Shown here: positions 5,768 through 13,421 of the stretch, in pieces
Numbering within the stretch: the stretch's first letter is position 1
Layout of the letters: each line of letters begins with the position of its first letter
From: a virus
Lineage: Duplodnaviria; Caudoviricetes
DNA: 30,151 nucleotides
Direction: 5' to 3' (one strand)
Virus record (IMG/VR): IMGVR_UViG_3300042891_000530
Span: 1 to 30,151 of that record
Position numbers and translations under genes: made by a program
The notes under the pieces: generated by a model
The model's database searches: none
Told to the model about the DNA's origin: nothing
Seen by the model: the letters and a program-made list of their open reading frames with translations, nothing else

Positions 5768-5844
5768 CGACGTGTGATGGGAATAGCAGACCTCCCTAGC
5801 TCAAACCTAGGGGCTTGTAGGTGCAACTCCTACCATGTCGACCA
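5768..5844 (+). tRNA. tRNA-Leu(CAA), short variable loop
   Basis: CCTAG-CTCAAAC-CTAGG, T-loop TGCAACT, ACCA. Confidence 0.85.
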
Positions 5845-5850
5845 CTTTAT

Positions 5851-5927
5851 AGCGGAATGTGCGAAGATGGATTCGCTCCGGGCTCATAACCCGGCCAAGG
5901 CTGGATCGTTACCAGCTTCCGCTACCA
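5851..5927 (+). tRNA. tRNA-Met(CAT), initiator-like
   Basis: CCGGG-CTCATAA-CCCGG (three consecutive G-C pairs), xGCGG acceptor with weak A1:U72, ACCA. Confidence 0.88.
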
Positions 5928-5930
5928 AAC

Positions 5931-6043
5931 TAGGGCCGAGTCAGGCGAAAGCCCAACCAACGCCCGAGGTCCGCCGTAGTCACGAGGCGCTAATCGGGAC
6001 TTTGAATTGCGAGACGAGTCGCTTGCCCCAGGCAGCGCCCCTA
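5931..6043 (+). ncRNA. Putative multibranched structured RNA
   Basis: TAGGG/CCCTA closing stem, GGC-GAAA-GCC GNRA hairpin, CCCGA/TCGGG enclosing CGCC/GGCG, and GCGA/TCGC and TGCC/GGCA hairpins. Confidence 0.45.
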
Positions 6044-6058
6044 CATGCTCCAATCGCC

Positions 6059-6112
6059 CGGGCAGGTGTGGCGTAATATCCCTGCGCATGGGCATGCGTT
6101 AAATGCCCGCCA
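6059..6112 (+). ncRNA. Small structured RNA ending in GCCA
   Basis: GGGCA/TGCCC-G-CCA terminal stem with internal GCGCAT/ATGCGT hairpin; ends 1 nt before tRNA-Pro. Confidence 0.45.
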
Positions 6113-6113
6113 T

Positions 6114-6190
6114 CAGCCTGTTACGAGAAAGGGCAATCGTCCTGGCTTGGAACCAGGTACATGCAGGTTCGAGTCCTGCCGGGCTGACCA
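6114..6190 (+). tRNA. tRNA-Pro(TGG)
   Basis: C1:G72, CCTGG-CTTGGAA-CCAGG, ACCA. Confidence 0.9.
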
Positions 6191-6197
6191 ATTCAAC

Positions 6198-6272
6198 ACC
6201 AGTGTAGCTCAAGTAGAAGAGCGCTCGGCTGATAACCGAGGGATGCAGGGGCAGTTCCTGACTCTGGTACCA
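6198..6272 (+). tRNA. tRNA-Ile(GAT)
   Basis: CTCGG-CTGATAA-CCGAG, atypical T-loop GGCAGTT, ACCA. Confidence 0.85.
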
Positions 6273-6277
6273 CTTTC

Positions 6278-6354
6278 GCCCCCTAAGCATTGATAGCGAT
6301 GCAGCCGCCTTGTAAGCGGCAGACGGCCCGTGCAAGTCGAGGCAGGCGGCACCA
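6278..6354 (+). tRNA. tRNA-Thr(TGT)
   Basis: GCCGC-CTTGTAA-GCGGC, T-loop TGCAAGT, ACCA. Confidence 0.85.
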
Positions 6355-6359
6355 ATCAT

Positions 6360-6447
6360 GGATGGCTAACCCAGCAGGGCTGGGAGCCGGTTGCTAACCG
6401 AACTGGACCCTTCGGGGTCTGTGTTTCGAGTACACAGCCATCCGCCA
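6360..6447 (+). tRNA. tRNA-Ser(GCT)
   Basis: GGATGGC/GCCATCC, loop TTGCTAA, long V-arm with TTCG loop, GCCA. Confidence 0.88.
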
Positions 6448-6453
6448 CTTGTC

Positions 6454-6526
6454 GCGGGTACGCACGAGGCGTGCCGCCAGGTTTCCACCCTGTGCAGAGA
6501 GGGTTCGATTCCCTCTATCCGCTCCA
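6454..6526 (+). tRNA. tRNA-Gly(TCC)
   Basis: GCGGGTA/TATCCGC, loop TTTCCAC, U73, CCA. Confidence 0.88.
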
Positions 6527-6573
6527 TTACGCAGTGTAGTACGTATTTTTGAAATACGCACTAAATGCTGTAT

Positions 6574-6644
6574 GCCTTGGCCGTTGGACGGCAGCGGCTC
6601 TTACAAGGCTGCATGAGTCAGTTCGATCCTGACACAGGGTACCA
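6574..6644 (+). tRNA. tRNA-Val(TAC), compact D-arm
   Basis: CGGCT-CTTACAA-GGCTG, TTCGA T-loop, ACCA. Confidence 0.78.
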
Positions 6645-6648
6645 CTTT

Positions 6649-6722
6649 TGATCCTTCGTCTAATAGTAGGACGCCAGGCTTTGACCCTGGGAATCTACGT
6701 GCGAGTCGTAGAGGATCATCCA
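6649..6722 (+). tRNA. tRNA-Gln(TTG)
   Basis: TGATCCT/AGGATCA, CCAGG-CTTTGAC-CCTGG, T-loop TGCGAGT, TCCA. Confidence 0.9.
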
Positions 6723-6728
6723 TCTTAT

Positions 6729-6803
6729 TGTCATGAACGCACAAGGTGTGCGGCTCCGCTGTTAACGGATGCGAGCTAGGTTCGATTCCTAGCGTGACAG
6801 CCA
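6729..6803 (+). tRNA. tRNA-Asn(GTT)
   Basis: TGTCATG/CGTGACA, loop CTGTTAA, GCCA. Confidence 0.9.
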
Positions 6804-6807
6804 ATTC

Positions 6808-6880
6808 GCGGAGTTGGTCAAGGCGACCGGCATCGTTGCCAACGAGGCATAGACGGGTTCGATTCCCGTATTCCGCTCCA
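6808..6880 (+). tRNA. tRNA-Gly(GCC)
   Basis: GCGGAGT/ATTCCGC, loop TTGCCAA, U73, CCA. Confidence 0.88.
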
Positions 6881-6897
6881 CTAATAGGTAGTACCGC

Positions 6898-7074
6898 ATG
6901 TTTGACGTTCTTGCTGCGGCAACGCTCGTAGTTGTAACTGTCGCCACGACGCTAGGCGTCCAGTGGTTGATTAACCGGCAGCGCGAGAAGTCGCCAGCTG
7001 CCAAGGCTGCGCGAATGCTCAAGGAGCAGCGCCAGGCCCTGCGCGACGCGGTTAAGCCGTATCGGCTTGCCTAA
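6898..7074 (+). CDS. Small N-terminal TM protein, 58 aa (not in ORF track)
   Basis: MFDVLAAATLVVVTVATTLGVQWLINRQREK...; TAATG overlap with the next gene. Confidence 0.6.
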   Translation: MFDVLAAATLVVVTVATTLGVQWLINRQREKSPAAKAARMLKEQRQALRDAVKPYRLA

Positions 7075-7427
7075 TGGGGCTTCCTACTGCGGTTACATAC
7101 GGAGACACAACGTACCCACTCGTCGGCGTGCCTATCGACACGACCGGATCGGGTGATTTCACGCTTGTGCCTGCGGAAGCGGGCAAGGTCATCAAGATGT
7201 GGCGCGTGTTCGTCGTAGCAACTGTTGCTACCGAATTCCGCTGGAAGTCTGGTGCTGCCAACTCGCTATCAGGCAACCTGCCCATTCCGTCAGGTGCCGC
7301 GTTTGTGCTGGACGTAGGGCAGGCTCCGTGGTTTACCACGCTGCCAGGCGAGGCTTTGGTGCTTAACAACGCCACTGCAAGCGACCTAAACGGTATGCTA
7401 GCGTACACTGTCGAGCCGGCCTACTAA
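7074..7427 (+). CDS. Hypothetical beta-rich protein, probably virion-associated
   Basis: TAATG coupling at both ends; Thr/Val/Gly-rich. Confidence 0.7.
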   Translation: MGLPTAVTYGDTTYPLVGVPIDTTGSGDFTLVPAEAGKVIKMWRVFVVATVATEFRWKSGAANSLSGNLPIPSGAAFVLDVGQAPWFTTLPGEALVLNNATASDLNGMLAYTVEPAY

Positions 7428-8083
7428 TGTCGGGCTTGTTCTTTCTGACGTCAGGCGGTGGTGGAGCCCCTACCAACCTGAGCTACGTCGCAGCCACTCG
7501 CCTCCTTGAGAGCGACACTGGCGCGGACGTCACGCTACCACTGGTAAGCAGCGCCAACGCCGGGCTTGCGCCAGCTACAGGAGGCGGTACGTCAAACTTC
7601 CTGCGCGCTGACGGCGCGTGGGCTCTACCTCCTGGTATCACTAACCTGACGTACACAGCCGCGACGCGTGTGCTGGCTAGCGACACAGGCACAGACGTAA
7701 CCCTGCCGCTGTTCACGTCATCTGAGGCAGGCCTTGTGCCTCCTTCCGGTGGTGGAACTACCAACTTCTTGAGAGCGGACGGCACGTTTGCCGCGCCTCC
7801 TGGTGGTGGCGGAGGCGGCGCATCCCTTACTGCTGTAACCGCAACGCTACCGTACGGGTTTGGCACACGCAAAGTGACAGTGACGGACGCCGCCGTAACG
7901 GCAACGTCGAAGATCGTCATTGGCTGGGGCACAGTTCTCGACTCTGACGAGAATACGCCGGAAGAGCCTGTCGTGTTTTCGGCCATTCCCGCAACAGGCT
8001 CGTTCCGCCTGCTAGTAACGCCCACAAACGACCGCCAGCCGATGGGTGGCGCGATCAAAATTAACTACCTGGTAACTGCATAA
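7427..8083 (+). CDS. Fibre-like protein with an internal 56-aa tandem duplication
   Basis: Two copies of TNLxY.AATR.L.SDTG.DVTLPL....AGL.P..GGGT.NFLRADG..A.PPG. The FLRADG motif is typical of phage fibre shafts. Confidence 0.7.
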   Translation: MSGLFFLTSGGGGAPTNLSYVAATRLLESDTGADVTLPLVSSANAGLAPATGGGTSNFLRADGAWALPPGITNLTYTAATRVLASDTGTDVTLPLFTSSEAGLVPPSGGGTTNFLRADGTFAAPPGGGGGGASLTAVTATLPYGFGTRKVTVTDAAVTATSKIVIGWGTVLDSDENTPEEPVVFSAIPATGSFRLLVTPTNDRQPMGGAIKINYLVTA

Positions 8084-8889
8084 TGGCTGTACTTATTGAC
8101 CCGCGTGGTAATCCCTTTGTAGGGTCGATTGACACGATAACGGGCGAAACGGTCACCGACGGCCGCCCGATCAGCGCGGTTCTAGGTGCGCTGAACGCCG
8201 AAACCTTGATGGACGTACAGGGCAAGCTCACTGCCGCGTTTGACGTTCGTACAGCTGCCGGCGCGCTTACGTACGTGGCGGAAGGTACCGTCGACGGTAC
8301 CAACTACTTTGCCATTCCGATGTGGGCCAACTTCCAGCTGCTGGCCGCTGCAGCGGTAGCCGAACAGTACGTCGGGCAGGTTGTAGTAGCAACTACGCAC
8401 TCCGGGTACTACACGGTAGACTGCGCAGGCCTGCGCCGCGTCCGCCTTCGTGTCTCGGCTTACACGTCTGGCAACATCACGGTTTCTAGCCGCGCAACAG
8501 TCGCGGACAAGATCCTCTACGGACGCCAGATTCCTGCCACGCTTCACGTTACAGCTACAGGTGCGGCCAACACTGCCGTAACAGCTACGCTGCCAGCAGC
8601 CGGCCCTAGCCTGTTTCACTACATCACGTCTATCGAAATCACGCGAAACGCCACAGCCGCGCTAGCTGGTACGGCCACGCTGATCCACACGTCGACTAAC
8701 CTTCCTGGCTCCCCTGCGTGGTCTGTTGGCAACAACATTATCGCGGGCGGAACGGAACGAGACGTAAACTACACGCCTACCGCACCGCTCAAGTCTCTTG
8801 CAGCCAACACCGCCACAACAATCGTGGCGGCTGCTGCGGGCGCGGCGGTTCTAAGCCGCGTGAACGTGTCGTACTACGTTGGCGCGTAA
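8083..8889 (+). CDS. Hypothetical beta-sandwich structural/decoration protein
   Basis: TAATG coupling; Ala/Thr-rich, with EGTVDGTNY and RVRLRVSAYTSG segments. Confidence 0.7.
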   Translation: MAVLIDPRGNPFVGSIDTITGETVTDGRPISAVLGALNAETLMDVQGKLTAAFDVRTAAGALTYVAEGTVDGTNYFAIPMWANFQLLAAAAVAEQYVGQVVVATTHSGYYTVDCAGLRRVRLRVSAYTSGNITVSSRATVADKILYGRQIPATLHVTATGAANTAVTATLPAAGPSLFHYITSIEITRNATAALAGTATLIHTSTNLPGSPAWSVGNNIIAGGTERDVNYTPTAPLKSLAANTATTIVAAAAGAAVLSRVNVSYYVGA

Positions 8890-9304
8890 TTCAAAGGCTG
8901 CGAAAGCCGCACAGGCTGCAGCCGTAGAGGCACCCCGCCCGGCTGTGCGTAACGAGGCTGGGCAGTTCGTGCAAGGCGTGTCGGGTAACCCGCACGGCCG
9001 AGGGAAGGGCGTTAAGAACGCCATTACTGCCCACAAGCAGGAACTGGAACTCGCCGTACGTCAGAGCATGACGGTCGGCAAGATCACACGGATCGTAGAC
9101 AAGCTCGTAGAGCTTGCGGAAGAGGGGAGCGTCCCTGCCGCCAAGCTGCTGCTCGATAAGTGCGTCTCGAACGCACGCGACTCGGACGAAGTCGACAGTG
9201 GGGAGGGAGGCGTGACAATCGTCATCAAGAACGCCACGTTTGCAGCCGGCAAACAGCCGTCAATCATTGAGGCCGAAGAGGCCGAATTCACAGAGGTTAA
9301 GTAA
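8879..9304 (+). CDS. terS: Terminase small subunit (DUF5681-like)
   Basis: GQFVQGVSGNPHGR motif and A..G...AAKLLLDK helix; upstream of TerL. TTG start is uncertain. Confidence 0.7.
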   Translation: MARNSKAAKAAQAAAVEAPRPAVRNEAGQFVQGVSGNPHGRGKGVKNAITAHKQELELAVRQSMTVGKITRIVDKLVELAEEGSVPAAKLLLDKCVSNARDSDEVDSGEGGVTIVIKNATFAAGKQPSIIEAEEAEFTEVK

Positions 9305-9472
9305 ATGTCAACAGGCGCAGTACCAAGCAACCAGACGCGCACACAGGACTCGTCAGGCGGTAACGTCGTAGGCAAGGCTCCTTCTGGCCGTCTCCACCAG
9401 CCGCCCGCCTTCCTAGGCAAGACCGGCCAGTCCGACAACCAGACAACGTCGCGCCCCAAGGGTAGCACCTAA
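9305..9472 (+). CDS. Small low-complexity protein, 55 aa (not in ORF track)
   Basis: GAGG RBS, ATG directly after the terS stop, TAATG overlap with the next gene. Confidence 0.55.
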   Translation: MSTGAVPSNQTRTQDSSGGNVVGKAPSGRLHQPPAFLGKTGQSDNQTTSRPKGST

Positions 9473-9672
9473 TGGCTGACAAGCCAAAGCCGCGCTACCG
9501 TCGAGAAGTGTCCCCTGGCATCACAGGGGCACTCAAGGACGCGGGCAACGCTATCATTGACGCTACCGCGCCCCGCGCTGTGCGGCAGCGCCAGCGACGC
9601 TTGGAGCAGGAAATCAACGACATGAGCAGCGGCCGACAGCGGCAGAGCACAGACGCGGCTAACGGCTACTAG
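9472..9672 (+). CDS. Hypothetical protein, 66 aa
   Basis: Translationally coupled; lies between terS and terL. Confidence 0.6.
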   Translation: MADKPKPRYRREVSPGITGALKDAGNAIIDATAPRAVRQRQRRLEQEINDMSSGRQRQSTDAANGY

Positions 9673-9707
9673 GCTGTTAGTCGTGTCTTGTCGTTTAGGG
9701 GAGCTAA

Positions 9708-11045
9708 ATGACAGCCCGTACGTTCGAGATTAGCCTGCATCCTGGGCAGGCGGCTGTGTACAACAGCCCCGCCAGATTCAAGGTAGTAGCGGCCGGTCGC
9801 CGCTTCGGTAAGAGTCACTACGCCGCCGTTGTGCTTGGCATTGAGGCCATGCGCAACCGCAACGAAGCCGGCTACTCACTCACGCCGGAGCACGGCGTGT
9901 ACTACATCGCGCCAACCTTTGACCAGGCGAAGCGCGTCATGTGGCCCAAGCTGCGAGCGATCCTAGGATACGCCTCGCGTGGCGGCTACATCGTAAACGA
10001 AAACACCAACGACGGCTGGATCGAAGTCGTAGGTGGTCGCCGCATCTACATTAAGGGTGCGGACAACCCAGACAGTCTGCGAGGTATCGCGCTGTCGTAT
10101 GTCGTACTCGACGAGTACGCCGACATGAAGGCGAACGTATGGGAAGAGATTATCGACCCTGCGCTCATCGACGTCGAAGGTTCCGCCCTATTCATCGGAA
10201 CGCCGAAGGGCAAAAACCACTTCTACAAGCTGTTTATGGGTGCGCTAGAGAAGCCTATCAACGGGCAGACTGGCGATAACAGCAATTGGGCAGATTGGGA
10301 GGCGTTTCACTTCCAGTCATTCGACAATCCTTTTCTAAGCGAAAAGGAAAAGAAGCGCATGCTGACTGGCGGCAACAAGAGCCGCGAAGTCATCAAGCAG
10401 GAAATCGAGGCCAGCTTCATCAGCGGAGGCCAGAAGGTCCTAAAAGCCGAATGGTTCCCGATCATACCTGGCATCGGCAGCTTTAACGAGGGCAGCATCT
10501 ACATTACGGTAGACTTGGCTGGCTTCTCGAAGGAAGCCGGCAACAAGATACTGCGTACCGACGAGACGGCTATCTGTACTACGTACGTGACGCCTGACCA
10601 CTGGAACGTACTGGACATTGTGCATGGACGCTGGGACGTCCGCGAGACCGCCCTGCAGATCGTGCTAGCGTGCCGCAAGTACTCAGGCGCACGCCTGGGC
10701 ATTGAGTCTGGCGCGCTCAAGAACGCTGTAGGTCCGTACCTCGAAGACTACATGCGAGAGTACCAGCGCTACATCAACGTCGAGCCGCTGATGCACAATC
10801 AGCAGAAGAAGACTGATCGTATAGCCTGGGCGCTGCAAGGTCGCGCCGAACGCCAGCGCATCCGGCTGGTAAAGGGCGACTGGAACAGCTGGTTCCTGGA
10901 TCAGGCTGCGGACTTTCCAGACCCGCTTGCTCACGACGACGGTCTTGACGCTTTGGCGTACACAGACCAAATGGCTACCGTCTCGTACATGGACGAGAGC
11001 GAAATCACCGAATGGCAACCGCTTGACCTGGAATCTGGATACTAA
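9708..11045 (+). CDS. terL: Terminase large subunit
   Basis: Walker A AGRRFGKS, Walker B VVLDE, coupling motif GTP, nuclease VDLA and HDDGLDA. Confidence 0.96.
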   Translation: MTARTFEISLHPGQAAVYNSPARFKVVAAGRRFGKSHYAAVVLGIEAMRNRNEAGYSLTPEHGVYYIAPTFDQAKRVMWPKLRAILGYASRGGYIVNENTNDGWIEVVGGRRIYIKGADNPDSLRGIALSYVVLDEYADMKANVWEEIIDPALIDVEGSALFIGTPKGKNHFYKLFMGALEKPINGQTGDNSNWADWEAFHFQSFDNPFLSEKEKKRMLTGGNKSREVIKQEIEASFISGGQKVLKAEWFPIIPGIGSFNEGSIYITVDLAGFSKEAGNKILRTDETAICTTYVTPDHWNVLDIVHGRWDVRETALQIVLACRKYSGARLGIESGALKNAVGPYLEDYMREYQRYINVEPLMHNQQKKTDRIAWALQGRAERQRIRLVKGDWNSWFLDQAADFPDPLAHDDGLDALAYTDQMATVSYMDESEITEWQPLDLESGY

Positions 11046-11048
11046 CGA

Positions 11049-13088
11049 ATGAGTCTTGCTTACACACAGGGTAACAGCATTCTGGTCGATGACCCGGATA
11101 GCGCCAGCGCGCAGAAGGCGCGCATGGTGCAGCCCGGTGCTGAACTCGTGTCGTGGGTAGCTGACCGCACGCGCAAGTGGGAGCAGCACCGTAACCAGGG
11201 CTACCAGGCCAAGTGGGCGGAATACTGGCGCATGTGGCGCGGACAGTGGGCAGACGAGGATCGTAACCGGCTGTCTGAGCGCTCGCGCCTGATTGCTCCG
11301 GCGCTGTCGCAGGCCATCGAAATGACCGTGTCGGAAATCGACGAAGGTCTGTTCTCTCGCGACGTCTGGCTGGACATCACGGACGACATCAAGGACGAAG
11401 ACAAGGTCGACGCGCTCATCGTGCGCGACCAGCTTCTGGAAGACTTCGACTGCGCGGGCGTTAAGGACGCCTGCTCGGAAGCCGTGCTGAACGCTGCCAT
11501 CTTCGGCACGGGCATCGTCAAGATCAACACGACGGTCACAAAGGCCAAGTCGCTGTACCGAGACGAACGCACTGGCTCTGCCGCCGCGAAGGAACGCGAT
11601 CAGGTAGTCGTGGCCGTAGAGTCCATCCGTCCTGACGAGTTCATCCCTGACCCTGCCGGCCGTACCATTGCGGAAATGCTGGGCTGCGCTCACCGAGTGA
11701 GCCGCCCTAAGCACGTAGTGCTGGAGCGCATCGAGCAGGGCACGTACCGCAAGGACGCGCTAGACACTATCTCTGGAGTGAAGCGCCCGGACAACCCGGA
11801 CATTGACCGCCAGGACCCGCAGTCGTCAACGACTCCGGAAGCCTCTGAGTTGGTGGACATCGTGGAGTACCACGGCAAGGTCCCTCTTCGCATGCTTACG
11901 GCGGTGATGGAAAAGACGACCGCGCTGGATGACGTGCTGGCCGCAGAACCTGACACAGGGGCTAACGGAGCGCTAGTCGAGGCCATCGTGACTATCGCTA
12001 ACGGTACCGTGCTGCTACGCGCCATGGTCAACCCGTTCGTGATGACGGACCGCTCTATCATCGCGTTCCAGTTCGAGAAGGTTCCTGGCCGCTTCTGGGG
12101 TCGCGGTGTGGCCGAAAAGGGCTACAACCCGCAGAAGGCGCTTGACGCCGAAATCCGTGCACGTATCGACGCGCTAGGCTTTATTAGCTCGCCTATGCTT
12201 GGCGTCGACAGCGGCCGTGTGCCGCGTGGCTTCAAGCTCGAAGTCAAGCCGGGCAAGGTCTGGCTGACGCAGGGCAACCCTAGCGAAGTGCTGCAGCCTA
12301 TCACACTGGGCGACCTGAACCCTGCGACCTTCAACCAGGCGCAGGAAATGGAACGCATGGTGCAGATGGGCACTGGTGCCTTCGACACCGGGGCTGCGCT
12401 TAACAGCCAGAGCCAGTCGGGGGCCAACGGCGCGTCGTCGAACAGCATGATGATGGGTGCCTACGTGAAGCGTGCGAAGCGCGCTATCGCAAACGTAGAC
12501 CGCAATCTCGTCGTGCCTATGGTCGAGAAGGCCGTGTGGCGCTACATGCAGTTCGACCCAGAACGCTACCCGCGTGACTACAAGTTCCGCGCTCGTGCGA
12601 CTATGGGCATCATTGCTCGTGAACTGCAGAGCGTGCAGCTTACGCAGCTGATGGCGATGCTTCCTGAGCAGTTCCCAGGTGTAAGCCTGGCCGTTGCGCA
12701 GGGCATTATCGAGAACTCAGCTGTCAACAACAAGCTGGAAATCACGAAGGCCGTGAACGCGGCCCTGCAGCCGCCTCCGCCAGAAGAGCAGGAGAAGGCC
12801 AAGAAGATGCAGGAAGTCCTGTACGAAGCCGAGCTAGGCAAGGCGCAGGGTGTGCTGCTTGAAAACCAGCTAACCATTGCGCAGATTCGCAAGACGCTTG
12901 CCGACGCGCAGCTGTCGATCCGCAAGGCCGACGTTGCCGACGACCAGATTCTGCAGGAGCAGCAGCGCATTGGCCTGCAGCAGCAGGAAGTCGCCGCCTT
13001 CGCAGAACAGAATCAGATCGCGTTTAAGCGACTAGAACTTCAAGAGAAGCAGCTAAAGATCAAGCAATCAGAAGCTGCTAAGAAATAA
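11049..13088 (+). CDS. Portal protein
   Basis: 679 aa directly after TerL; FGTGIVK and FWGRGV segments; Gln-rich C-terminal barrel helix. Confidence 0.9.
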   Translation: MSLAYTQGNSILVDDPDSASAQKARMVQPGAELVSWVADRTRKWEQHRNQGYQAKWAEYWRMWRGQWADEDRNRLSERSRLIAPALSQAIEMTVSEIDEGLFSRDVWLDITDDIKDEDKVDALIVRDQLLEDFDCAGVKDACSEAVLNAAIFGTGIVKINTTVTKAKSLYRDERTGSAAAKERDQVVVAVESIRPDEFIPDPAGRTIAEMLGCAHRVSRPKHVVLERIEQGTYRKDALDTISGVKRPDNPDIDRQDPQSSTTPEASELVDIVEYHGKVPLRMLTAVMEKTTALDDVLAAEPDTGANGALVEAIVTIANGTVLLRAMVNPFVMTDRSIIAFQFEKVPGRFWGRGVAEKGYNPQKALDAEIRARIDALGFISSPMLGVDSGRVPRGFKLEVKPGKVWLTQGNPSEVLQPITLGDLNPATFNQAQEMERMVQMGTGAFDTGAALNSQSQSGANGASSNSMMMGAYVKRAKRAIANVDRNLVVPMVEKAVWRYMQFDPERYPRDYKFRARATMGIIARELQSVQLTQLMAMLPEQFPGVSLAVAQGIIENSAVNNKLEITKAVNAALQPPPPEEQEKAKKMQEVLYEAELGKAQGVLLENQLTIAQIRKTLADAQLSIRKADVADDQILQEQQRIGLQQQEVAAFAEQNQIAFKRLELQEKQLKIKQSEAAKK

Positions 13089-13106
13089 CCAATAGGAGGA
13101 GAGCCT

Positions 13107-13415
13107 ATGGATATGGAACTACTGCAACACTTGTCGGCAGAGCAGAAGGACAAGTACGCGAAGCTAGACCGGCTTTTCGGCTCTGAGGGCTGGGAGCTAG
13201 TCATGCAGTGGGCACGCCTCAACTTCGACGAGGCGTCGCTACGCTGCGCTACCGTTAACACCTGGGAGGAGAACCGCGTGGCTGTAGGCCAGCGGCTTGC
13301 CTTCTACAAGCTCGGCACGCTAGCCGAGACGACTGAAAACGAATTTACGGAGCTAGCCGCGCAAGCACGCGAGGCAGCAGTAAACAGTGCAACGAGCGTT
13401 GAAGATTTTGAGTAA
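13107..13415 (+). CDS. Hypothetical protein (conserved post-portal position, LF.SEGW motif)
   Basis: AGGAGG RBS; synteny. Confidence 0.75.
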   Translation: MDMELLQHLSAEQKDKYAKLDRLFGSEGWELVMQWARLNFDEASLRCATVNTWEENRVAVGQRLAFYKLGTLAETTENEFTELAAQAREAAVNSATSVEDFE

Positions 13416-13421
13416 CGACTG

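Noticed and set aside
5931-6112. tmRNA or HDV-like theta ribozyme
   Set aside because: No T-arm/acceptor 3' end or tag ORF for tmRNA; no P1 3' strand in the required position for an HDV fold.
4212-6880. Suppressor tRNA or stop-codon recoding
   Set aside because: No CTA, TTA or TCA anticodon is centred in any loop. Genes terminate normally at TAA, TAG and TGA under the standard code.
4277-7022. ORF-track entries across the tRNA array (e.g. 4571-4957, 5330-6076)
   Set aside because: They overlap clear tRNA cloverleaves, and lack RBS and protein-like composition.
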